In this document: positions 1-9,039 of the stretch, piece by piece | Position numbering within the stretch: the first letter of the stretch is position 1 | How the letters are laid out: the number at the start of each line of letters is the position of its first letter | DNA from: a virus | Taxonomy: Duplodnaviria > Caudoviricetes | Virus record (IMG/VR): IMGVR_UViG_3300012943_000013 | Coordinates: 1 to 47,896 of that record | Strand: one strand, 5' to 3' | Length of the DNA: 47,896 nucleotides | The notes under the pieces: generated by a model | Seen by the model: only the letters and a program-made list of their open reading frames with translations | What the model was told of the DNA's origin: nothing | Database searches by the model: none | Translations under genes and position numbers: made by a program

Positions 1-123
1 GAGCCGAGAGAGGGACTGCTCCGAGGTCTCCCCCTCGCCGTAGCCTTGGGTCTGGGCGAGCCGGGCCGCCTCTGCCTGGTCGTCCTCGGCGGTGTCTGGG
101 ACGTAGCGGTAGCGCCCCTCGCC
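1..123. repeat. 123-bp end overlap, copy 1 (circular assembly)
   Basis: 1..123 is identical to 47774..47896, and an ORF reads through the junction. Confidence 0.97.
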
Positions 124-486
124 CTGCTCCTCGACGCCGCTGCCGAGGCTCGAGATGTAGGGGAGCATTGCCTCCGCCGCTTCCGTCTGCCCCTGACCCA
201 TCAGCTCCGAGTACTTCTGCTCCGCGGTCTGCCGCTTCTTGAGCAGAGCAGCCCTGGCGTCGGCGACGATCTTGGCCTTGTGCTGCTCGTCGAGCATGCG
301 GGCCCGGGCCATCTCGTTCTCTTCGGACAGCTGCCGCAGCCGCTCGTCTTCCTTGTTGCGGCGGCGCGTCTCCTCGAGCTGCGCGCGCATCTGCTTCATG
401 CGCTGCGCTTCGAGGAAGCCATCGCCGAAGTCCATCCCCCCGATTGGGGTAATGGGCATGAGGAACCGGCTGGGGTCGAGTGCCAT
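1..486 (-). CDS. N-terminal part of the internal virion/ejection protein with lytic transglycosylase domain (continues at 47773..46085; ~724 aa total)
   Basis: ATG at 486 (MALDPSRFLMPITP...) lies 2 nt after the stop of 489..2207. The frame is open through position 1 and in frame with ORF 46085..47767. Confidence 0.85.
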   Translation of the reverse strand, partial: MALDPSRFLMPITPIGGMDFGDGFLEAQRMKQMRAQLEETRRRNKEDERLRQLSEENEMARARMLDEQHKAKIVADARAALLKKRQTAEQKYSELMGQGQTEAAEAMLPYISSLGSGVEEQGEGRYRYVPDTAEDDQAEAARLAQTQGYGEGETSEQSLSRL

Positions 487-488
487 GG

Positions 489-2207
489 TTACGACATCCC
501 GCCTGCGACCTTGCCAAACTCGGACACGAGGCCGTAGAGCCTATCGATGTCCTTCTGCTCCATGCCCGCGGCTTGGAGCTGCGGCAGGATCTCCATCTGC
601 CACTGCTGCTCGGTCAGCTCCTGATCGCCGTTGAGAACCCCTGCGAGTGCATTGGCGATCGTGCTCTGGACGGTCTTCGAGTAGCCAGCCGTTGCGTCGA
701 GGAACGCCTGCTGCCGCGCCTGTCGCTGGTTCTCTGCGCCCTGAGACTGGTTGTTGAAGTCGTTGAGGCGCGCCAGATCGTTCTGGGATCCGCTGTTGGC
801 GATCTCGGCTCCGGTCCGCAGTCGCTGGTCCTTGATCTGCGCCGCGTTGTTGGCGGCCTGTGCCTGGCTGTCGAAGTTGGCCCGCTTGTTCTCGTCGACC
901 CGGAACGCCTGGTCGGCGCCGCTGTTCATGCGGTCGAGCGCCGTCTTGTCGGCGTTGTTCATGGCCTGGGTCGACTGCGTGTACCGGTCGATCTCGTTGC
1001 GGTCGGCGTTGTTGGCGAGCGTGCCGAAGGCGGTGAGCCCAGCGATGTTCGAATTCTGCGCCCCGAGCGCCTGGGTGTCGGCGTCGTTTGCCATCTTGCC
1101 CAGCAGCTCGTTCCGGTCGAGCTCGAGCGTGCCCATGTCCTTGCCGATGGTCCCAAACGTCTGGACGCCCTGGAGGTTCGACTGGAACGCCGCCAAGCTG
1201 GAGAGGTCGGAATTGCGCGCCTGGTTGCCGAGCAGCTCCTGACGGGCCCGCTGCTCCTGCGCCCGCTGCATCTCGGCGTCAAACGAGCGGTTTGCGCGCT
1301 GCGCCTCGATGTCCGTGATCACGTTGCCGACGCCCGACAGGGCCTCGCTCGATCCGTAGACGCCGCGCCCCGCCGCCTGGCGGTTATAGTCCTGGGTGCC
1401 GAGCTGGCGAGCCCGGTCGTAGAACGGGTCGAAGTTGGCAATCGGCATGTCGCCAAAAGCCTGCTGCGTCTGCCCGTACTGGGCGGCGCTCATGTTCTGG
1501 CCGTTGTACTGGCCCACGTTGCCGTACTGCCCGGCGAGCTGCTGGAGGTAGTTCTCGCCGCCCGTGCCGTTAGCCAGCGCCGACGAGCTCTGCCCGTACT
1601 GGCCCTGTGTGTTCTGCGGGCCCGAGTAGTTCGTGAACTGCCCGTACTGGCCCTGCGCCTGATCGTAGAAGCCGCTCGAGGCGCCCTGCGGGGAGAACTG
1701 CTGCGTGGCCTGGCGCGCGAACTGCTCACCGGCGAAGGGGTCCATGTACTGCCCCTGCATCTGGTTCCAATACTGATCGCCCTGACCCGGGCCCGAGAGG
1801 GTGCCCATGTTCTGATTGAGCCAGTCCTCGCCCTGCGTCGACTGTTGCGACTGCCCGGCGAGGTTCGCCATCGTGCCTCCGAAGGGGTCGTTCAGCAGAC
1901 GGTTCTGGGTGTAGTTGAGCGCCTGCTCGCCGTAGCCGGGGTTGGTCAGGTTGTTGCCCGGGTCTTGCAACGGGTTGAGCGAGGTAGGGCGCGTCGTCGG
2001 AAACGCTGCTGCCGCAACGCCGGGCTGCTTGACGTTCGGCGCGGCGAGCGGGCGCTGGGACCCTCCCAAGAAGTCGCCCGAGATTGCATACCCGCTGGTC
2101 TGCCCCGTCGACACTTTCTGCGGCGTGGGGGTGAGCGAACTCGCCGGGGACGTGAACGGCGACGTCTGCAGCGGGGTTCGCTTCTGGAGAACGGTGGCGG
2201 TGCTCAT
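489..2207 (-). CDS. internal virion (DNA ejection/pilot) protein, Q/N/G/A-rich
   Basis: 572 aa low-complexity helical protein with 'QAAGRGVYGSS' motif. Lies downstream of the tail nozzle, as podoviral ejection genes do. Confidence 0.7.
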   Translation of the reverse strand: MSTATVLQKRTPLQTSPFTSPASSLTPTPQKVSTGQTSGYAISGDFLGGSQRPLAAPNVKQPGVAAAAFPTTRPTSLNPLQDPGNNLTNPGYGEQALNYTQNRLLNDPFGGTMANLAGQSQQSTQGEDWLNQNMGTLSGPGQGDQYWNQMQGQYMDPFAGEQFARQATQQFSPQGASSGFYDQAQGQYGQFTNYSGPQNTQGQYGQSSSALANGTGGENYLQQLAGQYGNVGQYNGQNMSAAQYGQTQQAFGDMPIANFDPFYDRARQLGTQDYNRQAAGRGVYGSSEALSGVGNVITDIEAQRANRSFDAEMQRAQEQRARQELLGNQARNSDLSSLAAFQSNLQGVQTFGTIGKDMGTLELDRNELLGKMANDADTQALGAQNSNIAGLTAFGTLANNADRNEIDRYTQSTQAMNNADKTALDRMNSGADQAFRVDENKRANFDSQAQAANNAAQIKDQRLRTGAEIANSGSQNDLARLNDFNNQSQGAENQRQARQQAFLDATAGYSKTVQSTIANALAGVLNGDQELTEQQWQMEILPQLQAAGMEQKDIDRLYGLVSEFGKVAGGMS

Positions 2208-2208
2208 C

Positions 2209-2754
2209 TCAGTACCTCCGTGCCGGCGCGGGCTGGCTCATCTGCAACGGTTGCGGCCCCTGCGGCAGCGGCTGCAGCCGCTGCATCAACTGGTTCTGCC
2301 GGTCTCGGTTGGCGAGGAAGGCCTCGACTTGGGCCTGCTTGTCGGGGTCGGTGCCCCGGTAGTTCTGCAGCTCGGGCGGCAGCTGCTGCGGAACCATGGG
2401 GTTCTGCGCCATCTGGGCGAACTGCTCAGGGCTGAACGCTGCCTGCGGCCCGAACATCTGCGCCATCGCCTGGTTCTGGGGGTTGAAGGCGAGCATGCTT
2501 TGCCCGAGCGCGTTCATCCGCGCCTCTTGCATCTGCTGGCGGCGGAGCTTCGCCTCGCGAGCCAGCTCCTCCTGCTTCTTCTGCAGCGCCTTCTCGGCGT
2601 CGCCCTGCGCCCCCGTCAGCTCGTTGAGCCCTGGGATCTTCGACCGCAGGTCCTCATTCGTGGCGAGGTTGTAACCCATGCCGATCGGCGTGATCCCGAA
2701 CGCAGTCTTGCCGACGCTCTTTGCACCATCCCAGATGTCGCCGAATAGTCCCAT
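2209..2754 (-). CDS. small internal virion/ejection protein
   Basis: Starts MGLFGDIWDGAKSVG (amphipathic Gly-rich N-terminus) followed by a Q-rich coiled coil; first gene after the nozzle. Confidence 0.65.
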   Translation of the reverse strand: MGLFGDIWDGAKSVGKTAFGITPIGMGYNLATNEDLRSKIPGLNELTGAQGDAEKALQKKQEELAREAKLRRQQMQEARMNALGQSMLAFNPQNQAMAQMFGPQAAFSPEQFAQMAQNPMVPQQLPPELQNYRGTDPDKQAQVEAFLANRDRQNQLMQRLQPLPQGPQPLQMSQPAPARRY

Positions 2755-2763
2755 TACATCACC

Positions 2764-4371
2764 TCACGAATCGAGAACCCTGAAGCGCTCGCGCACGCTC
2801 ACGAGAAACAGCTCGGCGGCGTCCGGGAACCGGAACCGCCACTGCCGCCGCCGGTAGACGCCGAGCGAGCGCAGCGTCACCACGGGGTTCAAGTCGCCGT
2901 CCGCCACCCCGAGCTCGATGGTCACGCCCTCCCAGTTGCTCGACAGCTCGTCGCGCCACTCGAGCGTGCACGTCACGCCGTTGAGCGAGGAGGTGCGCTT
3001 GAAGGCCAGATCGACCGCCTCGCAGTGCTTGCGCAGCGAGGAGTCGCGATCGAGAAAGCCGCTCGTCACGTAGGCCTCGATGGCCGTGCCGAGGTCGGTC
3101 GTGTTGTCGAAGGAGAGCGTCCGGATGGTGCCGTCGGAGAGGCCCACCACGTTGAGGCCCCCATCCTGGCGCTGGTGGTGGCTCAGCACCGGGAACAGCG
3201 TCGGGCTGTCGAGGTCGCCGAACGCCCACTTGCCCCAGCCGATGCCCGGCTGGAACACGAGCGTCTGGGCGTCGGTCTGGAAGCGGAAGACGATGCAGTC
3301 GGCGAAGCTGTCGCTCACGCGGTAGCCGTAGCCCTCGCTCGGCACCGTCAGATCGTCGAGCGTGGTCTGGATGGGCGCGCCCACGTCCTCCCATTCCCGC
3401 CCGTCGCTCATCACCACGCGGGTGAGGTGGTCGAGCCAGACGAACTTCTCGTCGAACTTCACCGGCGAGTAGGCGGCGATGCACCCGACCTCCTTGGTGA
3501 TGCTCGGCGCGAACGTAACGGCCGTGTCCGGGCTGAAGAGCTGGAGGCTGGTCCGCCCGAAGACGAAGATGTCGTTCGTGTTCTCGGCGGCGGCGACGAT
3601 GGAGTCGGGGCGCGCCTCCGCCGTGAAGAAGCCGGCGGCGCCCGGGCTCGGCGTCCACGTCTCGTGCCCGACGTAGCTGACGATGCCCTGACTGATGTCC
3701 GAGTACCGCAGCTTCGTCTGGTCGAGCTGGGTGTCGTTGGCCAGGATGCGGCTGCTGTTGCCGATGATGTGGCTCGCCAGCGGGGGGCACCCGCCGAGAA
3801 AGCTCATCTCCTGGTAGTCGGCGTTGGTCGTGAAGTTCGGCGCGCTGAACGTCTCGGGGCGGATGTCGACCTTGCCAATCTCCGCCCCACCGGCGATGAC
3901 GAGCAATGCTTCCGTCTCGACGAAAGTGGGCCTCGGGAACCGCGTGGTGGCTATGGCAGGCGGCGTCGCTAGGCGGTCCTCGTTCGCAGTCCCGGTCCCG
4001 ACCAGTGTGGCCGACCCTCCGGCGACGCGGTAAACGTTGCGCCCGGCATTGTGCCCGCCTCCGGAGGCGTTCACCGTGGCGCCTACGGCATACAGGACGC
4101 CCGGGTGTGTTCCGCTCACCGTCGGGCTTCCCGAGGTATGGGCTACCCGGCTTTCCGTGAGGTACAGTCCGAGCACCCCGTTCGCGTCGACTGCAGTAGC
4201 GGGAGCGACACCCGTGTAGGCGCCGATGCCGGGGCGCTTTCGGATGACACCTCGAGCGTCGGCGAGGACGTTGAAGGCCTCGGGGCTGGCTCCGGCGATC
4301 TCCTCGCTGCTGGTCTCGAGAGTCGGACCAAAGAAGATGCTCGCGACGGACAGATCAGGCACGTCGTCCAC
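2764..4371 (-). CDS. tail nozzle / DNA stabilisation protein (P22 gp10 / T7 gp12-like beta-propeller)
   Basis: 535 aa, beta-rich. N-terminal 'VIRKRPG' and C-terminal 'SLGVYRRRQWRFR' resemble P22 gp10-like proteins; synteny after the adaptor. Confidence 0.75.
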   Translation of the reverse strand: MDDVPDLSVASIFFGPTLETSSEEIAGASPEAFNVLADARGVIRKRPGIGAYTGVAPATAVDANGVLGLYLTESRVAHTSGSPTVSGTHPGVLYAVGATVNASGGGHNAGRNVYRVAGGSATLVGTGTANEDRLATPPAIATTRFPRPTFVETEALLVIAGGAEIGKVDIRPETFSAPNFTTNADYQEMSFLGGCPPLASHIIGNSSRILANDTQLDQTKLRYSDISQGIVSYVGHETWTPSPGAAGFFTAEARPDSIVAAAENTNDIFVFGRTSLQLFSPDTAVTFAPSITKEVGCIAAYSPVKFDEKFVWLDHLTRVVMSDGREWEDVGAPIQTTLDDLTVPSEGYGYRVSDSFADCIVFRFQTDAQTLVFQPGIGWGKWAFGDLDSPTLFPVLSHHQRQDGGLNVVGLSDGTIRTLSFDNTTDLGTAIEAYVTSGFLDRDSSLRKHCEAVDLAFKRTSSLNGVTCTLEWRDELSSNWEGVTIELGVADGDLNPVVTLRSLGVYRRRQWRFRFPDAAELFLVSVRERFRVLDS

Positions 4372-4422
4372 CCCTTGTTGGCGAGGCAGGAGCCGCAGCG
4401 GTCAGTGCCGAAGCGCGCCACA

Positions 4423-5136
4423 TCAGTCGCTCCATTGCGTGGTGTAGGACACCACCGCCTGCGTGCCGGTGTGCTCGAAGGCGTAGTTGACCGCCTCCTT
4501 CTTCTTGCCGAGCGCCGTCTGCTGCAGGAACGCGATCTTGTCGAGCGGCATCGAGCTGTCGACCGCCACGTACCAGGCCAGCATCCACACGAGCACGTCG
4601 AGCCAGTAGCGCTGCAGGTCGGGCGTGTTGCCGCTCGTCTGGTTGTCGCCGAGCAGGCGCGCAATCTTGAGCCGCAGCGTCCCCGCCTCGTTCGGCACGG
4701 GCCAGAGCGTCACCACGGGCGTGGCCCCACTGCGCGAGACCATGTACAGCTGGGGCCGGCTCGACTCGGTGTCCTTGGTCGTCAGCGTCTGCCAGGTGGC
4801 GATGTCGATCTGCTTGCAGACCAGCTCGCTGTCGGGCGCGGCGTCCGAGTGGAACATCGCGTCCTCGTAGACGTCGAGCAGCGTGTCCGGCATCGTGTAC
4901 ACCTCGGTGCCCGCCACGATGTCGAGGTCGTAGAAGCTCATCGTGCGCGCGATGAAGCCCTCGACCGCGAGGTTGTCGAGGATGAGGTCGAGCAGCGTCT
5001 TGCCGTGCGCGAGCTTCGCGCTGTAGTTGGCGCCGCTGGTCGTGGCCTCCACCGGCAGCACCCCGGCTCGCTTGTAGGCGAGCAGCACGAGGGTGGTGAT
5101 GGTGATGGGCGTCGTCGGGGTGCTGGAGATGGTCAC
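4423..5136 (-). CDS. head-tail adaptor (tail tubular protein A-like)
   Basis: Motifs 'LAYKRAGV', 'VAGTEVYTMP', 'RPQLY..VTLWPVP'. GTG start inferred from GTGA overlap. Confidence 0.7.
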   Translation of the reverse strand: MTISSTPTTPITITTLVLLAYKRAGVLPVEATTSGANYSAKLAHGKTLLDLILDNLAVEGFIARTMSFYDLDIVAGTEVYTMPDTLLDVYEDAMFHSDAAPDSELVCKQIDIATWQTLTTKDTESSRPQLYMVSRSGATPVVTLWPVPNEAGTLRLKIARLLGDNQTSGNTPDLQRYWLDVLVWMLAWYVAVDSSMPLDKIAFLQQTALGKKKEAVNYAFEHTGTQAVVSYTTQWSD

Positions 5137-5366
5137 CGCAGCGCCCCCATCATTAGTGCCGCGTGCGAAGGCAGCGGCGTACACGAGCCGTCAGCGTGCC
5201 GCTTGAACCTCGGCTTCATCAGGCGCGCGTTAAGGCGCACCAAGCTGCGCTGGATCTTCTCGTGGTCGAACGTCAGGCGAGTGGTCGTCCACCTCTCGGT
5301 CAGAGGCGGGGCCCACTGATAACCGCAGTATCGACAATTGCCGCAGGTGCACATCCCGACGAACAT
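5133..5366 (-). CDS. hypothetical Cys-rich protein
   Basis: Fills the gap exactly, with start/stop overlaps on both sides; CxCxxCxxC. Confidence 0.45.
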   Translation of the reverse strand: MFVGMCTCGNCRYCGYQWAPPLTERWTTTRLTFDHEKIQRSLVRLNARLMKPRFKRHADGSCTPLPSHAALMMGALR

Positions 5367-5743
5367 CAGAACCCCGGCTTGTTGATGAGCGTCCCCGGGT
5401 TGGCGTACGTCGGGATCGCGCCGTTGTAGACCTGGCTCGCCGTCGTGCGCTTCGTCGCGCCCGTGTAGTCGGACCCCGAGCTCGGGTCGCCGTTGCTATC
5501 GGTGTCGGGTCTCGCGCCGTCGGCGGGAGACTGCGACCCGAGCCGCTGGGAGAGCGCCGCGGCCCGGGCTGCAGTGAGCTCCGATAGTGTCAGGGCATCG
5601 CGCCCCGACCAGTCCTGCTCGCAGCGGAGCAGGCCGTCACGGCCGCGCCGTAACGCGCTCCTCAGCCACATAGACCCGCACACGTCGCATTGCGACAGGT
5701 GCTGGCCCTTGCGGTCGATGGTGCGCGGTACGGTGCGTGCCAT
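5366..5743 (-). CDS. hypothetical virion-associated protein (CxxC)
   Basis: RBS GGAGG, 'CDVCG...GRDGLLRC' motif; located in the head-tail block. Confidence 0.65.
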   Translation of the reverse strand: MARTVPRTIDRKGQHLSQCDVCGSMWLRSALRRGRDGLLRCEQDWSGRDALTLSELTAARAAALSQRLGSQSPADGARPDTDSNGDPSSGSDYTGATKRTTASQVYNGAIPTYANPGTLINKPGF

Positions 5744-5752
5744 GTGCCTCCA

Positions 5753-6640
5753 TTACGCCCCCGTGACGATGAGGCTCTGCGCGGCCGTCTCTTCGCCGCC
5801 GTAGTTCTCGTGGTTGCCGACCGTGGTGATGGTCGCTGCCCCGAGGACGATGACACCGGCACCACCCGTGCCGGTCGTTGCCGTCTTGTAGAAGTTGCCC
5901 GCGTAGTGGCCGCTGATGCCGCTCGTGTTCGCCGTCGTCGAGAAGCTGCCGCCGCTCGTCGCCTGCTTCTGCCGCGCGATGTTGTTGAGCACGAGGAAGT
6001 CCGTGCTCGCCGCTCCCGTGATGGCAATCATCGTCGCGGTCGAGTCGGCCACGATGTTGTTGCCCACGATGGAGCAGGTCGCCGCTCCCGTCACAGCGAT
6101 GGGGCTGTTGGCGCCGAGCGCGAACCCACCGAAGTTGAGGAAGTTGCCCGCCAGCGTGCAGCCTGCGCCCGTGATGACGATCGACGCCGTCGCGGCCGCC
6201 ACCCCGCCCACGATGTTGAACCCGGCGAGCGTCACGTTCGCCACGTTCAGCGCCAGGCTCGCGCCCGTGTGCGTGAGGTTGATGGTCGGGGCGTTGGTCG
6301 CGCCCGGCACGCCGCAGCCCAGAATCTGAGCGCCTGCCACCAGGTTCGCCCAAGCCGCGCCCGTCGTGGAGTACGTCTCGGTGTGACCCGGCAGAACGTA
6401 GACGATGTCGTTCTGACCCGAGCGGCAGCGCTTGAGACCCTCGTTGATGGTCGCCAAGAGCAGGCCCGAGGCGGCGAAGTGATCCTCGCCGTCCTGCGCG
6501 CCCGTCGAGCGAACGTAGGCCGCGACGCGCCCGCCCGGCTTGACGAGCGTGCCCCAGGGGCTGCCCACCGCCGGGAAGTTCGACACGTACGGCGCCGCGT
6601 TGCCGAGGAAGTTCCCGGCGAAGTTGGGTACGGTGCTCAT
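5753..6640 (-). CDS. virion protein with probable right-handed beta-helix (head fibre/spike-like)
   Basis: 'TINEGL..DIVYVLPGHTET' cap followed by repeated 'I.GN' beta-helix rungs. Confidence 0.6.
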   Translation of the reverse strand: MSTVPNFAGNFLGNAAPYVSNFPAVGSPWGTLVKPGGRVAAYVRSTGAQDGEDHFAASGLLLATINEGLKRCRSGQNDIVYVLPGHTETYSTTGAAWANLVAGAQILGCGVPGATNAPTINLTHTGASLALNVANVTLAGFNIVGGVAAATASIVITGAGCTLAGNFLNFGGFALGANSPIAVTGAATCSIVGNNIVADSTATMIAITGAASTDFLVLNNIARQKQATSGGSFSTTANTSGISGHYAGNFYKTATTGTGGAGVIVLGAATITTVGNHENYGGEETAAQSLIVTGA

Positions 6641-6738
6641 TAGCAGCCCTTGCCCTTCTTGGTGCCCTTCGTGGCGCCCTTACCACCCTTCGGTGGGAAC
6701 GGCGCCGGCATGGGCTTGGTCGGCTTGGTCTTGGCCAT
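6640..6738 (-). CDS. 32-aa Lys/Gly/Pro-rich basic peptide (MAKTKPTKPMPAPFPPKGGKGATKGTKKGKGC)
   Basis: GAGG RBS right after the capsid stop; TAATG coupling to the next gene; not in the ORF track. Confidence 0.65.
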   Translation of the reverse strand: MAKTKPTKPMPAPFPPKGGKGATKGTKKGKGC

Positions 6739-6747
6739 GGCTACCTC

Positions 6748-7659
6748 TCAGGCGTTGCTGAACAGGATGGAGCGGGGGTTGACCCAGCCACGACTCCACC
6801 GCGCCGTGATGGCGTAGTTCATCATGGTCTTGTCCTCGGTGACCCACGTGTTGCTCTTGGGCTTGCGCCGCCAGAACCACATCAGGCCCAGGTCCGCATC
6901 CGTGATGAGGGCCCAGTTCGTGGTCGTGTTGGTCCAGTATTTCACCGGGACCGGCGTGATGTTCAGGTCGCGGTTCACCACGTTGATGGCGTTGAATGCG
7001 CCCGGCGTTGGGTCGAAGCTCGACCCCAGCACCTCGCGCCACACGCCCCACTGCTGCACCGGGAACACGGCCTTCTTCGGCTCGACGCCGTCGATGAGCC
7101 CGTCGTGCCCGACCTGCTGCATGAGCTGCGCCGTCGCGATGACGAGCGCCGCCTTGCTCGGCGACATGGCCGTCGCCAGCATGTTGGAGTAGGTGCCGCC
7201 GCCCGGCAACGTGTGGCTCGTGCTCGCCAGCGGCTGACCGTCGGCGCCCACGTAGGAGCTGCTCGTGGCGCGCACCAGCACCAGCGTCGCGTCGAAGTCC
7301 GCCAGCTTCCAGAGCGAGCGGTTGTTCCGCTTCGCGGCCATCACGACCTTGTCGTACTTCAGGTCCTCGAGGGCCTCGTCCGACACGATCATCCGCTGCC
7401 CGTAGGTGCGGGCGTTGAACCGCGTGGGCGGCCCCTCGTAGATCGTCCCGACGGGGATGCTCTCGCCCTCGGGCTTCTCGCCCGCGAGGCCAGAGCCGGC
7501 CACCTCGTAGAACTCGATGTAGTTGTCGCTCATGGGCTTGACGGTCATCCACTTGGGGAAAACCGCCTTCGACCCCTCGGAGCCGTGCTCGTCGGTGTCG
7601 ATGTCCTCGAGCGTCTCCTTGAGCGCGAGCGCTGCTGTACTGGTGAAAATCTCACTCAT
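6748..7659 (-). CDS. major capsid protein (HK97 fold, Mu gpT-like group)
   Basis: 303 aa; 'GEKPEGESI', 'VSDEALED', 'GADGQPLASTSH' and C-terminal 'RWSRGWVNPRSI' are typical of this capsid group; synteny. Confidence 0.85.
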   Translation of the reverse strand: MSEIFTSTAALALKETLEDIDTDEHGSEGSKAVFPKWMTVKPMSDNYIEFYEVAGSGLAGEKPEGESIPVGTIYEGPPTRFNARTYGQRMIVSDEALEDLKYDKVVMAAKRNNRSLWKLADFDATLVLVRATSSSYVGADGQPLASTSHTLPGGGTYSNMLATAMSPSKAALVIATAQLMQQVGHDGLIDGVEPKKAVFPVQQWGVWREVLGSSFDPTPGAFNAINVVNRDLNITPVPVKYWTNTTTNWALITDADLGLMWFWRRKPKSNTWVTEDKTMMNYAITARWSRGWVNPRSILFSNA

Positions 7660-7668
7660 GGCTGGTCC

Positions 7669-8370
7669 TCATTCGACGTTGGCGCCGAAGATGCTCGGGT
7701 CACCCTGCTGCGGCATGTCGAGCGCGGTGAACTGCACTTGGAAGGTCACGTTGGTGGCGCTGAAGTCCATCGCGTCGCCGGCCTTGCCGAGACCGAGGAC
7801 AGCGAGCTGGAGCTGGTTGGCGCCGCCCGCGGCGAAGTCCGCCACGTTGAGCAGCGGGTTGGCCTTCGGCTGACCGTTGCCCGTCGACAGGACGCTGTAA
7901 GCGATGCGCGCCGTCTGTCCGACGACGGCCAGGCACGCGCCCTTGGTGCCGGCGCCCACGACGGCGTTGGCGTCGATCTCGAAGATGTTGCCCGCCACCG
8001 GGATGACCGAGACGAGCGGGGCGCTGTCGCTGCCGATGCCGCCCGTGTAGGTCGTGCCCGTCGTGTAGAACGAGCCGGGCCGCGGGTAGCCGCCGACGAT
8101 GACGCGGGGGAAGCCGACGATGATGCCGAACGCGAAGTCGTCGCTGTCGGTGTTCGCGCCAGCGCTGTCCTGGCCCGTCTGGACGAGGCCGATGGTGCCG
8201 TCCTCGAGCAGCTTGACGGGGTCGCCGATGTTGAGGTTCACGCTCGTGCCGGCGCCCACGACCGTGGTGGGGGCGTACGCCGTAGCAATCGGGAACGTGA
8301 AGATCTGGGGAGTGTCGTTGCCGCTGATGGAGCGGACGAACCGGATGCCGTAACGATGGTTGTTTGCCAA
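7669..8370 (-). CDS. capsid decoration/cement-like protein
   Basis: 'MAN..YGIRFV', 'IGDPVKL..DG' pattern, small-residue rich, directly upstream of the capsid gene. Confidence 0.6.
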   Translation of the reverse strand: MANNHRYGIRFVRSISGNDTPQIFTFPIATAYAPTTVVGAGTSVNLNIGDPVKLLEDGTIGLVQTGQDSAGANTDSDDFAFGIIVGFPRVIVGGYPRPGSFYTTGTTYTGGIGSDSAPLVSVIPVAGNIFEIDANAVVGAGTKGACLAVVGQTARIAYSVLSTGNGQPKANPLLNVADFAAGGANQLQLAVLGLGKAGDAMDFSATNVTFQVQFTALDMPQQGDPSIFGANVE

Positions 8371-8403
8371 GGGTCGATCCTTATGGGTGAAGGGTCATGC
8401 CCG

Positions 8404-8865
8404 TCAGAACTGCCAGCGCTTCCTGTTGTCCTGCTCGGTGCGAACGGATGTGATGCCGCGGAACACACGCCTCTCTTCGGGAGAGAGGGGGTCGACGTCG
8501 CGGTTACGGATCGTCTCTTCGATCTCGTTGGCTCGCGCCTGACCTTTGCGGTCCAGGTCGAGCTTGTGCTCGAGCGGGCACTCCATGAGCACCATGCCCA
8601 TGCTCTTAATGGGGTCGCCCTGCTGAAACTCCTGGTAGCCCAGGCTCGGGCGAGCTTCGCTCGGGTCGTACTGCGCGACCTTGTAGCCCTGAGATTTGTA
8701 GAACCCGACGTTGATGGTCGGGTCGTTGACCTCGCTCACCCAAACGTAATGCTTGGTGGGGTCAGCGCCTTCGAGGAACCCGCGGTTCGCCGTCTGCTCT
8801 ACCGGGCGCGGCGGTGGATCCTCACGTTTGACGCCTCGCTGCTTGCTCTCCGTCGCTTCTGCCAA
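8404..8865 (-). CDS. hypothetical head-module protein
   Basis: 153 aa, TTG start; 'HYVWV..GYKV..MVLMECP' resembles small genes between scaffold and capsid. Confidence 0.65.
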   Translation of the reverse strand: MAEATESKQRGVKREDPPPRPVEQTANRGFLEGADPTKHYVWVSEVNDPTINVGFYKSQGYKVAQYDPSEARPSLGYQEFQQGDPIKSMGMVLMECPLEHKLDLDRKGQARANEIEETIRNRDVDPLSPEERRVFRGITSVRTEQDNRKRWQF

Positions 8866-8979
8866 AACGCCTGCTCATCAAACCCACTCAGGTCTGACGA
8901 GCACGTCGTGGAAGGAACGGTGCCGCCGCGAGGATGTTGGCGCGCGTCCGACGGTTGGAGGCCGAAGGACGCGCACGCC

Positions 8980-9009
8980 TATGAGAGCATGGGGGCTAGC
9001 CCCCGTCAA
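8980..9009 (-). promoter_or_regulatory. putative sigma70-like promoter for capsid genes with a palindrome in the spacer
   Basis: Minus strand TTGACG-17 nt-TCTCAT; the palindrome GGGGGCTAGCCCCC lies in the spacer. Confidence 0.4.
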
Positions 9010-9039
9010 GCTGTACCACGGAAGTAGTACAGCTCGCGG

